This document shows, in pieces, positions 54,041 through 63,126 of a stretch of 64,000 nucleotides of DNA. Numbering within the stretch: position 1 is the stretch's first letter; the number at the start of each line of letters is the position of its first letter. The position numbers and the translations under genes were made by a program. Source of the DNA: a virus; IMG/VR virus record IMGVR_UViG_3300031112_000001; one strand, 5' to 3'. The notes beneath the pieces are model-generated. The model made no database searches and was not told the origin of the DNA. It saw only the letters and a program-made list of their open reading frames with translations.

Positions 54041-56362
54041 GTGAAGATGATTAAAGATACTCGAATCGCCCAGCTGGAGCAGCTTATCGACGCAGGCAAT
54101 GCTCTGGTAATGTCGCACAAAGGCACCGCTGCCGCCACTGACATGTGGAAGCAGGTTGTTGCCGGTGAGTCTATCCGCCGCACCCAGAACGATGCGTTCA
54201 CCACTGCCCGTGACTCTGCACAGGTTAAATACCAGTCGGTCGTTCCGGGCAAGAAAATGGGCTTTGCTGCTCAGGTTGCCTCAAACATGATTCTGGCCGC
54301 TTCTTCTGACCCAGAAGAGTTCGCAACCAAAGTTGCTACCGAATCAAGCAATCCGAAGTATAACAGCTTCATGGATGTTGCTTACCCGGGTAGCGCTGCT
54401 GGCGACGACTACGGCAAAAATCCATTCGTTGGTACCGAATACTACACCAACAAAGATCTGGATAAAAACCTCGGTCTGACCTGGACTCTGAACGTCCGTG
54501 CACTGGAAACCCAGTCCAAGTTCGCAGAAACCCTGTTCCCAACCATCACCGTTGAAAGCAACGATGTTGGTATCACCGTGCGTACCAAAGTGACCACGGT
54601 AACTCGCGGTGTCCTGAACGCCCTGCTGGCGAAAGACAGCGTGGTTGATGACCGTCAGCCGCTGCATAACGCACTGTCTAACCACAAAGTGCTGCAGGAT
54701 GACGCCATCCGCATCGTTCCTTACGTAATGGAAGACGGCGGCAACGCTGACTACTTCGTATCGGAAGATGTGATTGCCAACGAAACCGTTCGTCTGGGCC
54801 GCGTACCTGCGTACCCAACTAACTACCTGAGCTTCGACAAGCAACAGCTGAACCTGTTCCGCCTGTCTGCGCATCCGGGTATCGTTGCTGAAGGCTACGA
54901 CGAAACTGACGAAATCGCGCCGGGTGCTGCACTGGGCCAGATTCTGCTGTCAGTTCGTAAAGCAGGCGAAGACGTTAAAGACGGCTCACTGTTCAAGCTG
55001 ACCACTCGCGACATGCAGTTCGCCAGCTTCCAGCGTCCTTCTGAAGGTGAAGGTCGTGAACTGATCCTGAACTTCCGTCACACTCTGTTCGCAATGAACG
55101 GCGAAACTCTGGATTGGCAGGGCAAAGCAATGCCTGCTCTGGAATCGCTGAAGCAGAACGACTACACCCTGCGCTACGTGGTGAACATCACCATGAGCCT
55201 GTTCACTAACGGACAGCGTTCTGGCTGGGTTGAAGTTACTGGTAAAACTCTGCGTATCGACTCTGTTGTTGATGGCACCGGCATGTCTCTGCCTATCGAC
55301 AGCGGCTCGGTCAAAACCATCCTCGACAACATCAAAATCGATCTGGTCGGCTGGCGCTTCGATGGTACTCGTACCAACGAAAACCGGAGAACTCAGGGCT
55401 TGCTGCTGGACCCAGTTTGGGAACAGGAGAACTACAAGCTGCAGTACGGTTCCCCAATCCTGACCAAATCACCGGTTGGTGTTGAGTACGACGACGCTGA
55501 GCGTCTGGATGACCTGGTTTCTGCGGTTAACATCCGTAACGAAATGCTGGCCATCACCCAGACCCTGAACTACACCGAAGCTGTACGCGACGTGTTCAAA
55601 ACCATGGTAACTCAGTGGGATAAACCTGCTATCCGTGGTCTGGGCCGTCACTGGGTCGGTGCATGGTACAACGAAAGCGATTTCGACGTCTCTGAAGTTA
55701 TCCAGACTCTGGAAACTAAAGATGCGCTGACTAACGCCCGTCAGGGTCTGATGCAGCGTCTGGGCGATCAGGTTACTCGTGCGATTCAGGACAGCCGCTA
55801 CATGCCGGCTCTGCGCCTGCTGACCGCTGACCCGAACGCACTGCCGAAAGTCATCATCGCGACTGACGAACCAACTGCAGCCATGCTGCTGCTGAGCAGC
55901 GGTGAAACCCGTCTGCTGGGCGACCGTTACGACTTCGAAGTAATCACCACCAACGATGACCGCTGGCGTGTGAAGAACGAAGCAGACGGTAGCTGGACTC
56001 GTCGTCTGCAGTGGATGCTGAAGGTTGCTAACGTTGAGGACGGTTCTTACTGCGTCCTGAACTGGGGTAACCACTTCTGGTCACCAATCATGGTTACCAA
56101 CATCAACATCCAGCGTAACGGTTCAACGTCTAAAGAACTGGCCGTGCAGCCGCGCAACGCGCACATCTGCCACTGCCCGATCACTGGCGTTATCTGGGTT
56201 AAAGGTATCACCAAATTCGTTGAAGAGCGTCTGGCGTACTTCGTCAACGTGGTCAACGATGGCACCACCACCACTGGCGGCAACAACGCTGGTGATGTAG
56301 GCGCGGGTACCACTGCTCCGGCAACCGGTAGCAACACTACCGCTCCGGCCACTGGTTCTTAA
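54041..56362 (+). CDS. putative major capsid protein (phiKZ-type, ~770 aa)
   Basis: Size is typical of phiKZ-like major capsid proteins (about 750 aa, from memory). Codon usage looks strongly biased. It is followed by the strongest terminator in the window (12-bp stem). The N-terminal region contains A-x-E|S sites (VVAGE|SIRR, VATE|S) shared with the tandem paralogs. Start is GTG 54041 or ATG 54047. Confidence 0.55.
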   Translation: MKMIKDTRIAQLEQLIDAGNALVMSHKGTAAATDMWKQVVAGESIRRTQNDAFTTARDSAQVKYQSVVPGKKMGFAAQVASNMILAASSDPEEFATKVATESSNPKYNSFMDVAYPGSAAGDDYGKNPFVGTEYYTNKDLDKNLGLTWTLNVRALETQSKFAETLFPTITVESNDVGITVRTKVTTVTRGVLNALLAKDSVVDDRQPLHNALSNHKVLQDDAIRIVPYVMEDGGNADYFVSEDVIANETVRLGRVPAYPTNYLSFDKQQLNLFRLSAHPGIVAEGYDETDEIAPGAALGQILLSVRKAGEDVKDGSLFKLTTRDMQFASFQRPSEGEGRELILNFRHTLFAMNGETLDWQGKAMPALESLKQNDYTLRYVVNITMSLFTNGQRSGWVEVTGKTLRIDSVVDGTGMSLPIDSGSVKTILDNIKIDLVGWRFDGTRTNENRRTQGLLLDPVWEQENYKLQYGSPILTKSPVGVEYDDAERLDDLVSAVNIRNEMLAITQTLNYTEAVRDVFKTMVTQWDKPAIRGLGRHWVGAWYNESDFDVSEVIQTLETKDALTNARQGLMQRLGDQVTRAIQDSRYMPALRLLTADPNALPKVIIATDEPTAAMLLLSSGETRLLGDRYDFEVITTNDDRWRVKNEADGSWTRRLQWMLKVANVEDGSYCVLNWGNHFWSPIMVTNINIQRNGSTSKELAVQPRNAHICHCPITGVIWVKGITKFVEERLAYFVNVVNDGTTTTGGNNAGDVGAGTTAPATGSNTTAPATGS

Positions 56363-56384
56363 TCAGTAGCTGAGCTGTAAAAAG

Positions 56385-56429
56385 AGACCTACCTCCTTCG
56401 GGAGGTAGGTCTTTTTATTTTATTTTTTT
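56385..56429 (+). terminator. rho-independent terminator (12-bp stem, UUCG loop)
   Basis: AGACCTACCTCC-ttcg-GGAGGTAGGTCT then TTTTTATTTTATTTTTTT. Confidence 0.9.
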
Positions 56430-56430
56430 A

Positions 56431-56454
56431 GAGATAGATATTATCAATGTGCAT
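56431..56454 (+). promoter_or_regulatory. promoter-like motif copy 6
   Basis: GAGATAGATATTATCAATGTGCAT; immediately after the capsid-gene terminator T-run, 27 nt before ATG 56481. Confidence 0.6.
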
Positions 56455-56480
56455 ACCCACATTTTCTAAGGATCTATTTC

Positions 56481-57176
56481 ATGAAACACGAACGTCCGCT
56501 ACTGAAACTCCAGCTCAATAAGAGCCTCACTATCCGTCCACTGTGCGGTGGACGAGTATTCGAGCTTAATGGGGATCTCGAAGCCGTCAGGTATATAGAA
56601 GGAGATGAGTACCGTCGACAGGTGAAATCGCCACGACTGCGCGCCATAGAGGTTGAGGCACTCAAAGCTTGGGTGTCACTTTACACCCCTGATGAGGTCA
56701 AAGGCCGGTGGCGTGTAACACTGACACTATCAGGTGTGGTCTTCGAACTCAATGACAGTAGTTATGGCAAAAACTCGCTCAGTGCTAATGCGGTCGATGC
56801 GATGAAGGCACTTGGCTTCAATAATGATAACCCGTTCGTTTTCGTTCCCGACGCCCATAGTTTCTACCACCGCGACCTCGGAATACAGATAGTGGCCAAC
56901 CAAGAAAAGGACAGTTATTTTCTGGTAGATAAGTCAGTAAACGATGAACACCGCTACATGACGACTACGTATTCATTAGAGCAGTATCAGGTATACCGTC
57001 CGTTGGCGCACGCTGCAGTAACGCTTGCAGACCGCCTGTTGGGCATTATCGGAATGCACACCGCACCTGACAGCGGCTACGATGTTGTGTTACGCAACGG
57101 CATTGGCGAGATAAGCCTGCTTCAGAATACCGACCGCTTGGCCATGGCAGAAGTTGTAGAAGACCTAATTCGATAA
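56481..57176 (+). CDS. hypothetical protein (231 aa)
   Basis: Downstream of promoter-like motif 56431-56454; TAAGGA RBS. Confidence 0.75.
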   Translation: MKHERPLLKLQLNKSLTIRPLCGGRVFELNGDLEAVRYIEGDEYRRQVKSPRLRAIEVEALKAWVSLYTPDEVKGRWRVTLTLSGVVFELNDSSYGKNSLSANAVDAMKALGFNNDNPFVFVPDAHSFYHRDLGIQIVANQEKDSYFLVDKSVNDEHRYMTTTYSLEQYQVYRPLAHAAVTLADRLLGIIGMHTAPDSGYDVVLRNGIGEISLLQNTDRLAMAEVVEDLIR

Positions 57177-57187
57177 GGAGTAATTAA

Positions 57188-57847
57188 ATGAAACAGCTAT
57201 TTGAAATTGATGCTAATCAAATCCGTGAGATTGGTTACGATCGCGATAAACAACAACATTTCATTGACACTGCGGTCATGCAGAACAACATGCCGGGAAC
57301 GCACCGCTTAGTCATTAGTGAACTGGAATATATTGCACTGTGCGGTTGGATACAAATCTCAACGACTGTGGAACCCCACACAACCGTGCGTGGGTTTGAT
57401 GTGGATTGGGTTATTCTCAAATCCGCTCGGATACGTACTAAGAATGGGGTTAATGACTCAACCCACATGCGAAGCGTCGTCACCGGGGTCTTTGTCCAAC
57501 AAGATCGTTGGGAACGTATCGGGATCTGTCAAGATGGCCAAGAAGACCAGCTGTTTTGGGAAGCTCGCCACGCTGGGTTTGGTTTCAATCGAGTTAGCGG
57601 ACTGTTCGTTTACTACACACTGGAGCGCGTGCCAGCTTGCCCGCTGGTTGATACGGGTCATCTGCCAGCTATCGCAGAGACACTCATTAACATCGCTGAG
57701 TCACCGCTGTTCCCACGGGTGGACTACGAGCTGCAGTTACGTTGGCGTAACGGCCAGACCGGCATAGACGCCGGCTACGCAACCGTTGCTCGTGTGGATA
57801 AGAATGCCATCCTCGGGATGGGTCGTTTACTGGGGGGTAAGAAATGA
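57188..57847 (+). CDS. hypothetical protein (219 aa)
   Basis: TAAGGAGTAAT RBS block. Confidence 0.75.
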   Translation: MKQLFEIDANQIREIGYDRDKQQHFIDTAVMQNNMPGTHRLVISELEYIALCGWIQISTTVEPHTTVRGFDVDWVILKSARIRTKNGVNDSTHMRSVVTGVFVQQDRWERIGICQDGQEDQLFWEARHAGFGFNRVSGLFVYYTLERVPACPLVDTGHLPAIAETLINIAESPLFPRVDYELQLRWRNGQTGIDAGYATVARVDKNAILGMGRLLGGKK

Positions 57848-58491
57848 AAAAAGTAGCACTGCCATATATCGACTCATTCGGTCGTAGTGAAGAACGCGGC
57901 AGTTATTGCATCTATCTTAAACCGAAGTATGCAGAAAAAGAGGACCGAGTCACTGGCACCATTCACCTCATCAGCCGCGACCAAGCAGATGCACTCCACA
58001 CTTTCTTAAAGGCCATGAACGACCCGGATATCATTGTTAAGTTCCCAGAGTGGCGTACTCTAACACTCGGTGAAATTCAGATATCGGCGTTCGGTGATGT
58101 CTGCCCGTCATGGGGTTTGATCAAAGAGCAGGACATCACGGTGGATAACTACCGTAAGTGGGCTGATGAAATCCTCCGTCGGTCGAATGAAGATAACTTC
58201 CCACGGGTTGTCAGCCTGCCCAGCGGAGGCTTTCTTTCCACCGAAGGAAAGTGGTCTCTTGTTCCTCGGGCAAATGATTTCGTACTTGCCTATCTACGTC
58301 AGGAGTTCTCGGATGCCACGCCGCCTAGCAACGTCGCAGCACTGGCTGGCAGACTGCGCAACATCTTTAAATCCGAGCTGGTAAAGAACGGTGCGCTCTA
58401 TTTCGAAGGGGATGGGATTCACTGCGATCTGGGCGCGATTACCAACGCCGAGCTCCTCTACATCGCAGAAAGCTTAACCTCGCGTAAGTAG
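57844..58491 (+). CDS. hypothetical protein (215 aa)
   Basis: ATGA coupling; terminator at 58498-58534. Confidence 0.75.
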   Translation: MKKVALPYIDSFGRSEERGSYCIYLKPKYAEKEDRVTGTIHLISRDQADALHTFLKAMNDPDIIVKFPEWRTLTLGEIQISAFGDVCPSWGLIKEQDITVDNYRKWADEILRRSNEDNFPRVVSLPSGGFLSTEGKWSLVPRANDFVLAYLRQEFSDATPPSNVAALAGRLRNIFKSELVKNGALYFEGDGIHCDLGAITNAELLYIAESLTSRK

Positions 58492-58497
58492 ATTTAC

Positions 58498-58534
58498 CCC
58501 CTAACCCTTGCGGTTAGGGGTTCTTCTCTTTTTT
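58498..58534 (+). terminator. rho-independent terminator
   Basis: CCCCTAACC-cttgc-GGTTAGGGG then TTCTTCTCTTTTTT. Confidence 0.85.
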
Positions 58535-58578
58535 ACATCAGGCGCACACTGTATGTGCGCTCACGTTGTAAAGAAAAT

Positions 58579-58602
58579 GAGATAGATTTTATCTAGGTGA
58601 TA
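58579..58602 (+). promoter_or_regulatory. promoter-like motif copy 7
   Basis: GAGATAGATTTTATCTAGGTGATA; after terminator 58498-58534 and hairpin 58542-58560, 28 nt before ATG 58630. Confidence 0.55.
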
Positions 58603-58629
58603 CTGTTGCATTATTTAACTGGATAGCCG

Positions 58630-59634
58630 ATGAATCGAATCGATTTAGACGTAGAGCCGACCGTCGTGCCTGCCCCTATCAACGTCGGGGGCTTAGTGAA
58701 GTCCATGACTGTCATTAACAACACCGGTTTGCCCATCTTCATGACTGACCCCACAGGCAGCCATGTGGTGATACATCCGAACCTTGATGTCATCTCAATG
58801 GATTCCATTGTGGTGTATGTCACGCATCGGGTGAGAAACGGGGGTGGTAACTTATCAGGCTTGCTTGATGACGTACCGCCAAAGATTGCACAAATGATGG
58901 TTGAGGATTTCAAACGACGGGGCGAGTGTACAGTGATGTACACCATTGGTGAAATTGATGCGTTGCTGCGGGGTGAGTTGTTACTGGTAAAGAAGCTCGG
59001 TGTGGGGTTCTCTATCAAACCTGTGGATGTCGACAAGACACCAGTGCGAACATCAATGCGGAACAAGTCAAGTTTGGTGTTGGGGGTAGTGGTCGTTCAG
59101 AAGCACGGTGACCCGAGAATCATTCGGCACGTGCGTTACTACACCACTGTCATCGCCGTTGAACCTATGCGCTCACGCTTCTTTGAAGAGGGCGTGTATC
59201 TGACCATCTCAGGTGGGGAGTGTGTTGAGGAAGGCAGTATGTTGCGCTTTGGCTTTGATGAGGCTATCTCACCGTTCCGGTGTTTTGAGACTCGTGAAGA
59301 AGCTCGAGCATTCCGTTGGGAAGACACCCTGCCCGATATCCGTGATGCGAAACGTCAGTTGGAATCTCAGTTGCTTGAGAACCAATCGCAAATGGACGAA
59401 CGTAAACAAGCCATGGAGCTTGAACACAAAAACCGCTTGAATGATCTCGCTATCGAAAAAGAGAGGGTGGCTGCGTACTATCGCGACCGAGAACTAGAAA
59501 CCAAACAGAAACAAGAAGAGCGCAAAGACCATTACGAGAGTCGTTCCCTCGTTCGCAAGGACGGCTCCGAAACTTTGAAAATGATACCAGCATTCCTTGC
59601 CGCCGGGCTTACGGTAGTGGGGTTGCTACTATAG
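58630..59634 (+). CDS. hypothetical tail-anchored membrane protein with coiled-coil segment (334 aa)
   Basis: Downstream of promoter-like motif 58579-58602. Has a charged heptad-like segment, RDAKRQLESQLLENQSQMDERKQAMELEHKNRLNDLAIEKERVAAYYRDRELETKQKQEERK. The extreme C-terminus is hydrophobic: MIPAFLAAGLTVVGLLL. Confidence 0.7.
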   Translation: MNRIDLDVEPTVVPAPINVGGLVKSMTVINNTGLPIFMTDPTGSHVVIHPNLDVISMDSIVVYVTHRVRNGGGNLSGLLDDVPPKIAQMMVEDFKRRGECTVMYTIGEIDALLRGELLLVKKLGVGFSIKPVDVDKTPVRTSMRNKSSLVLGVVVVQKHGDPRIIRHVRYYTTVIAVEPMRSRFFEEGVYLTISGGECVEEGSMLRFGFDEAISPFRCFETREEARAFRWEDTLPDIRDAKRQLESQLLENQSQMDERKQAMELEHKNRLNDLAIEKERVAAYYRDRELETKQKQEERKDHYESRSLVRKDGSETLKMIPAFLAAGLTVVGLLL

Positions 59635-59645
59635 CGAGGTGACGC

Positions 59646-61415
59646 GTGTTTAAAGATGCCATACGACGACTTCAGGAGGATAAGCGCATAGCGACGTTTA
59701 ACCGTGCTGTTGCAGAAGGTGTAGGTTACACCCAAGCAAAGGACGGGATACACGAGCGTGTGAACACTATTCTTCGACGGGAACTAACCTACGACCGGGA
59801 TAACAACCCGCGTCTGCCAGAAGGGTTAGGTTATGTTGGCTATCGCTTTATGTCGCCTTTTGAATCATTCATCTTTAAAATCAGTCGACAAGACAGCCGT
59901 AGTGGCCGTGGTAAAGCACCGATTCCGATTGCTGAAACCGATACGTACATGATTGGCGCACGCTTCCGTATTCCGGGAGAGAGCAAAGTCTTGACTCGTC
60001 CGATGTATCTGCCGTTTATCCGTCGCGGTGGGTTGATGAATTACTGGGGCACAAGCTACCATGTTGCACCGGTTATCCACCAACCCGGGATCTGCCAAGA
60101 GCATAACGGTCTGTTTGTAAACTTCGACTTCACCCGCAAGGTGTCTCTGAAGTTCGGCAAGCACCCTGTGAAGATACTGGTGAATGGTCGCAAGGAAGAG
60201 TTGTACATTCCGGGCACATCGAACCTGTATACACCGAAGAATCCTACCGGTCACGATGCGGATGAAAAACCGCTGGTGTACTGGCTGTTCGGTAAGTACG
60301 GTTTCACTGAAGCCATCAAACGTTATACCGGCGTGGATGTGAAAATCATCCCAGCTTATAAAGTGCCGGAAGTGGACTTAGAAGAGAACGTCATTATCTC
60401 TTCGGGTGCTGACCCGCGTGTGTCTCGTACGATTCAATACGCGCTGCAAGTGCCGGTGTCTGCTTTCCCGAACATGGATAAGCCACGTTGGGAGCAGGAT
60501 GAACACACGTTGCTGGTGATGTGTGGGGCGTTCTTTAAAGCCGCGCATTATTACGCCAGTAAACAGAACAGCCGCAGTGGCTTAAGCCAACTGACGCCGT
60601 TGTTCACAAAGCTCGATGAATTCTCGCAGGAAGAGGATCTGGCGAACTTGAACTCACCCGGTGTGTGGAAAGAAGTGCTGGGGCGCAGTATCATGGGAAC
60701 CAAAACATCCGATGTGGAATTGCATCGCAGCATGGCGACACACTTCGGCGAGTGTCCGCGTTACTTAAGCGACACGTTCCGTGGTGAGTTGATGGTGTCA
60801 GACCCGGACATCGATCCGGATATGGATACCTTCGACTTCTTGATGTACGCCACCAAGCTCATGATTCGTACGCGTCTGACGCGCCAAGATGACATCCCAT
60901 CGATGTTTGGCAAACGTCTGACCGTTGTGGATTATCTGTTGCTTGGCACGCAGGGCTTTACCAGTACGGTATCCCGTATCCGTTGGAAGCTGGAAGGATT
61001 GGATGATAAGTCATCTGAGAGTTGCGGCACCACGGTGAAAGGACACCTGAACAAAGATATCAACCACAATCTCGTTACGCGCAGTATCACCAGTAACGGA
61101 GCCATCAGTTTCTTCAACGCGTCAACCGAATCCATGGTACTGGCCGTGTCCACACACGCCATCAGCCAAACAGAGACGGACAACAAGAAGAAGAAAGGTG
61201 GTAAGACAGTTAACCTTAATGACCGTACCAAACATGCGAGTGCTTCTCATGCGGTGTGTGGCAACATTTACTACATTCCGAAGTCAAGCCCGTACAAGTA
61301 CGGTATCCTTAACCAGTACATGCAGACCTCACGTAATCTCGTGATGGGCTACAATCCGAAACTTGAGCCTGTCGTTCGTGAGACGCAGGATGATATCTCG
61401 AAGATCGGTCGCTAA
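59646..61415 (+). CDS. Multisubunit RNA polymerase beta-like subunit, N-terminal-type fragment (candidate)
   Basis: RRGGLMNYWGTSYHVAPVIHQPGI resembles beta [20 protein letters not shown]. Size (589 aa) fits the N-terminal halves of split phage beta subunits. GTG start with a GAGGTG RBS. Confidence 0.5.
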   Translation: MFKDAIRRLQEDKRIATFNRAVAEGVGYTQAKDGIHERVNTILRRELTYDRDNNPRLPEGLGYVGYRFMSPFESFIFKISRQDSRSGRGKAPIPIAETDTYMIGARFRIPGESKVLTRPMYLPFIRRGGLMNYWGTSYHVAPVIHQPGICQEHNGLFVNFDFTRKVSLKFGKHPVKILVNGRKEELYIPGTSNLYTPKNPTGHDADEKPLVYWLFGKYGFTEAIKRYTGVDVKIIPAYKVPEVDLEENVIISSGADPRVSRTIQYALQVPVSAFPNMDKPRWEQDEHTLLVMCGAFFKAAHYYASKQNSRSGLSQLTPLFTKLDEFSQEEDLANLNSPGVWKEVLGRSIMGTKTSDVELHRSMATHFGECPRYLSDTFRGELMVSDPDIDPDMDTFDFLMYATKLMIRTRLTRQDDIPSMFGKRLTVVDYLLLGTQGFTSTVSRIRWKLEGLDDKSSESCGTTVKGHLNKDINHNLVTRSITSNGAISFFNASTESMVLAVSTHAISQTETDNKKKKGGKTVNLNDRTKHASASHAVCGNIYYIPKSSPYKYGILNQYMQTSRNLVMGYNPKLEPVVRETQDDISKIGR

Positions 61416-61447
61416 CAAAACCTAATTTAAACTGCAAGGAGTAACAG

Positions 61448-63067
61448 ATGTCGAACGTACCAATGGATAGAATTCAGGCCGTCCTGCGTGATGCAAAATC
61501 AAAGGATGCAGTCCTGGCGAAACTTTTGGGCGCAGCCGAGGCCAAAGGTTTACAGCTCAATGATGCTGCGCGTATTGCACAAGCAATCGCCTCTATCGCG
61601 CTGGGTAAAGGTGTGGATGAAGCGACCACAATCAACTCGTTGGTTGATGCGTTTAAGTCGGCGGTGTATCAGGGTCTGGTTCAACGTAACGAACGTTTCC
61701 CGGATGCGAATCTGCACAACAGCTTGACCACGACGTTTAATAACGCGATCGCGTTGATCAAGCAATCTCAGGCTGCAAACAACGGTGGCCTGTTGGGCGG
61801 TGGTAATACCGGAACCAGCTTACTGAGCGCCCCGGGTGGTAGTGGCGGCGGTGTGAGTCTGGCACTGGGCGGTGGCGGCGGTGGAATCCCATTAACGGTT
61901 ACCCCGTCTGCGGCACCGAACACCAACGCGGATGCAGGCCTGTCTGTACTGACCACGGGCGCAGTACCGGCTCCGGCACAAGCTGCTGCACCACAACCGT
62001 CTGGGCATGAACTGCTGGCAACAGCACAAACCGCCCCTTCTCCTCAGAACGGTGCACAGTTAGCCGTCCTGACCGGACAATCTGATAACCGTGAGTTAAA
62101 CGACAGCGTCTTCAACGTGATGGATGAAAACATGGAAAACTACGCAGCGCATGAATTAGAAGTGAAGGTTGAGCAAGTATCGAAACCCGCTAAGCAGGCC
62201 AATGCGGATGTGAAGGTCTTCACCGACGGTGGTAGCTGGAGCAAAGAACTTGCTGAGATCACACAGAATGATGCAGGCGCTGTGTATTTCCAAGATGCGG
62301 ATATTCTGGTGCGTCTGGATGAAGATGTGCGGACTTACTACGTGGGCCATGAAGAAAGCGATCGCGATATGATTCGCAGCTTCTTCGAAACTCACCGTAA
62401 TGAGATGTCACGTCTGGCCAAAGCACAGACCACGGACGATATCGATAAGCTGATTGATCTTGTGCAGGGTGTGATTCAGAACCTGCGTAAGAACGTTATC
62501 GGGCTGCATCAGAAAATCAACGAAGGCAAATTCTCCACCGTCACCACGGCTGGCGAAGCGCGTCGTTTTGTTAACAGCTACCTGTACCTGATTGACATCC
62601 ATGTGCACAACGCACTGTCTATCATGACGCAGGGTGGTACCAAACTGCCAAACGGACGTATCGTTTCGCTGGAACGCAAAGCAGAAGATCTCGAATACTT
62701 CACCACGAACGTATACGAATCAACGGTTGCGGATAACGGGACCAGCACGGAAGAAGATTGGTTCCGTGAGCTGCTGGAAATGGTAGCGCTGTCCCTCGGT
62801 AAACACGTTGTGCGTTGTGAAGGTGAAGGTACCGTACTGGTGCTGTCACACACGATCGCCTCTGTGGTTATCCCGGGTCTGTATGGCGCGGTGGAAAAGG
62901 AACACACCATCGGTACGCACACACTGGCGTCAACGGCGGATGCAATCTCTGAGATTTACGAAGAGTTGTATAAGCACAAGCCGGGTATGAATGTGGTGCT
63001 GGAAACCCCAACCTCACGTCACCTGCTGCTGAGCAGCGGCGGTGTGGGTGCGGCAATCCGTTACTAA
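61448..63067 (+). CDS. hypothetical protein (539 aa) with ~100-aa Gly/Ala/Pro-rich disordered segment
   Basis: CAAGGAGTAAC RBS. Low-complexity run NNGGLLGGGNTGTSLLSAPGGSGGGVSLALGGGGGGIPLTVTPSAAPN...PAPAQAAAPQPSG. Terminator follows. Confidence 0.75.
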   Translation: MSNVPMDRIQAVLRDAKSKDAVLAKLLGAAEAKGLQLNDAARIAQAIASIALGKGVDEATTINSLVDAFKSAVYQGLVQRNERFPDANLHNSLTTTFNNAIALIKQSQAANNGGLLGGGNTGTSLLSAPGGSGGGVSLALGGGGGGIPLTVTPSAAPNTNADAGLSVLTTGAVPAPAQAAAPQPSGHELLATAQTAPSPQNGAQLAVLTGQSDNRELNDSVFNVMDENMENYAAHELEVKVEQVSKPAKQANADVKVFTDGGSWSKELAEITQNDAGAVYFQDADILVRLDEDVRTYYVGHEESDRDMIRSFFETHRNEMSRLAKAQTTDDIDKLIDLVQGVIQNLRKNVIGLHQKINEGKFSTVTTAGEARRFVNSYLYLIDIHVHNALSIMTQGGTKLPNGRIVSLERKAEDLEYFTTNVYESTVADNGTSTEEDWFRELLEMVALSLGKHVVRCEGEGTVLVLSHTIASVVIPGLYGAVEKEHTIGTHTLASTADAISEIYEELYKHKPGMNVVLETPTSRHLLLSSGGVGAAIRY

Positions 63068-63075
63068 GTTAAACA

Positions 63076-63106
63076 GGGAGACTTCGGTCTCCCTTTTCTT
63101 TTATTT
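63076..63106 (+). terminator. rho-independent terminator (UUCG loop)
   Basis: GGGAGAC-ttcg-GTCTCCC then TTTTCTTTTATTT. Confidence 0.85.
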
Positions 63107-63126
63107 AATCGTAGGGAGTAATAAGC

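Noticed and set aside
56481-58491. Three similar-sized genes after the capsid gene as a paralog family
   Set aside because: Only vague helix-pattern similarity (ISELEYIALCGWI / ISRDQADALHTFL / IEVEALKAWVSL). That is not enough to claim homology without profile or structure comparison.
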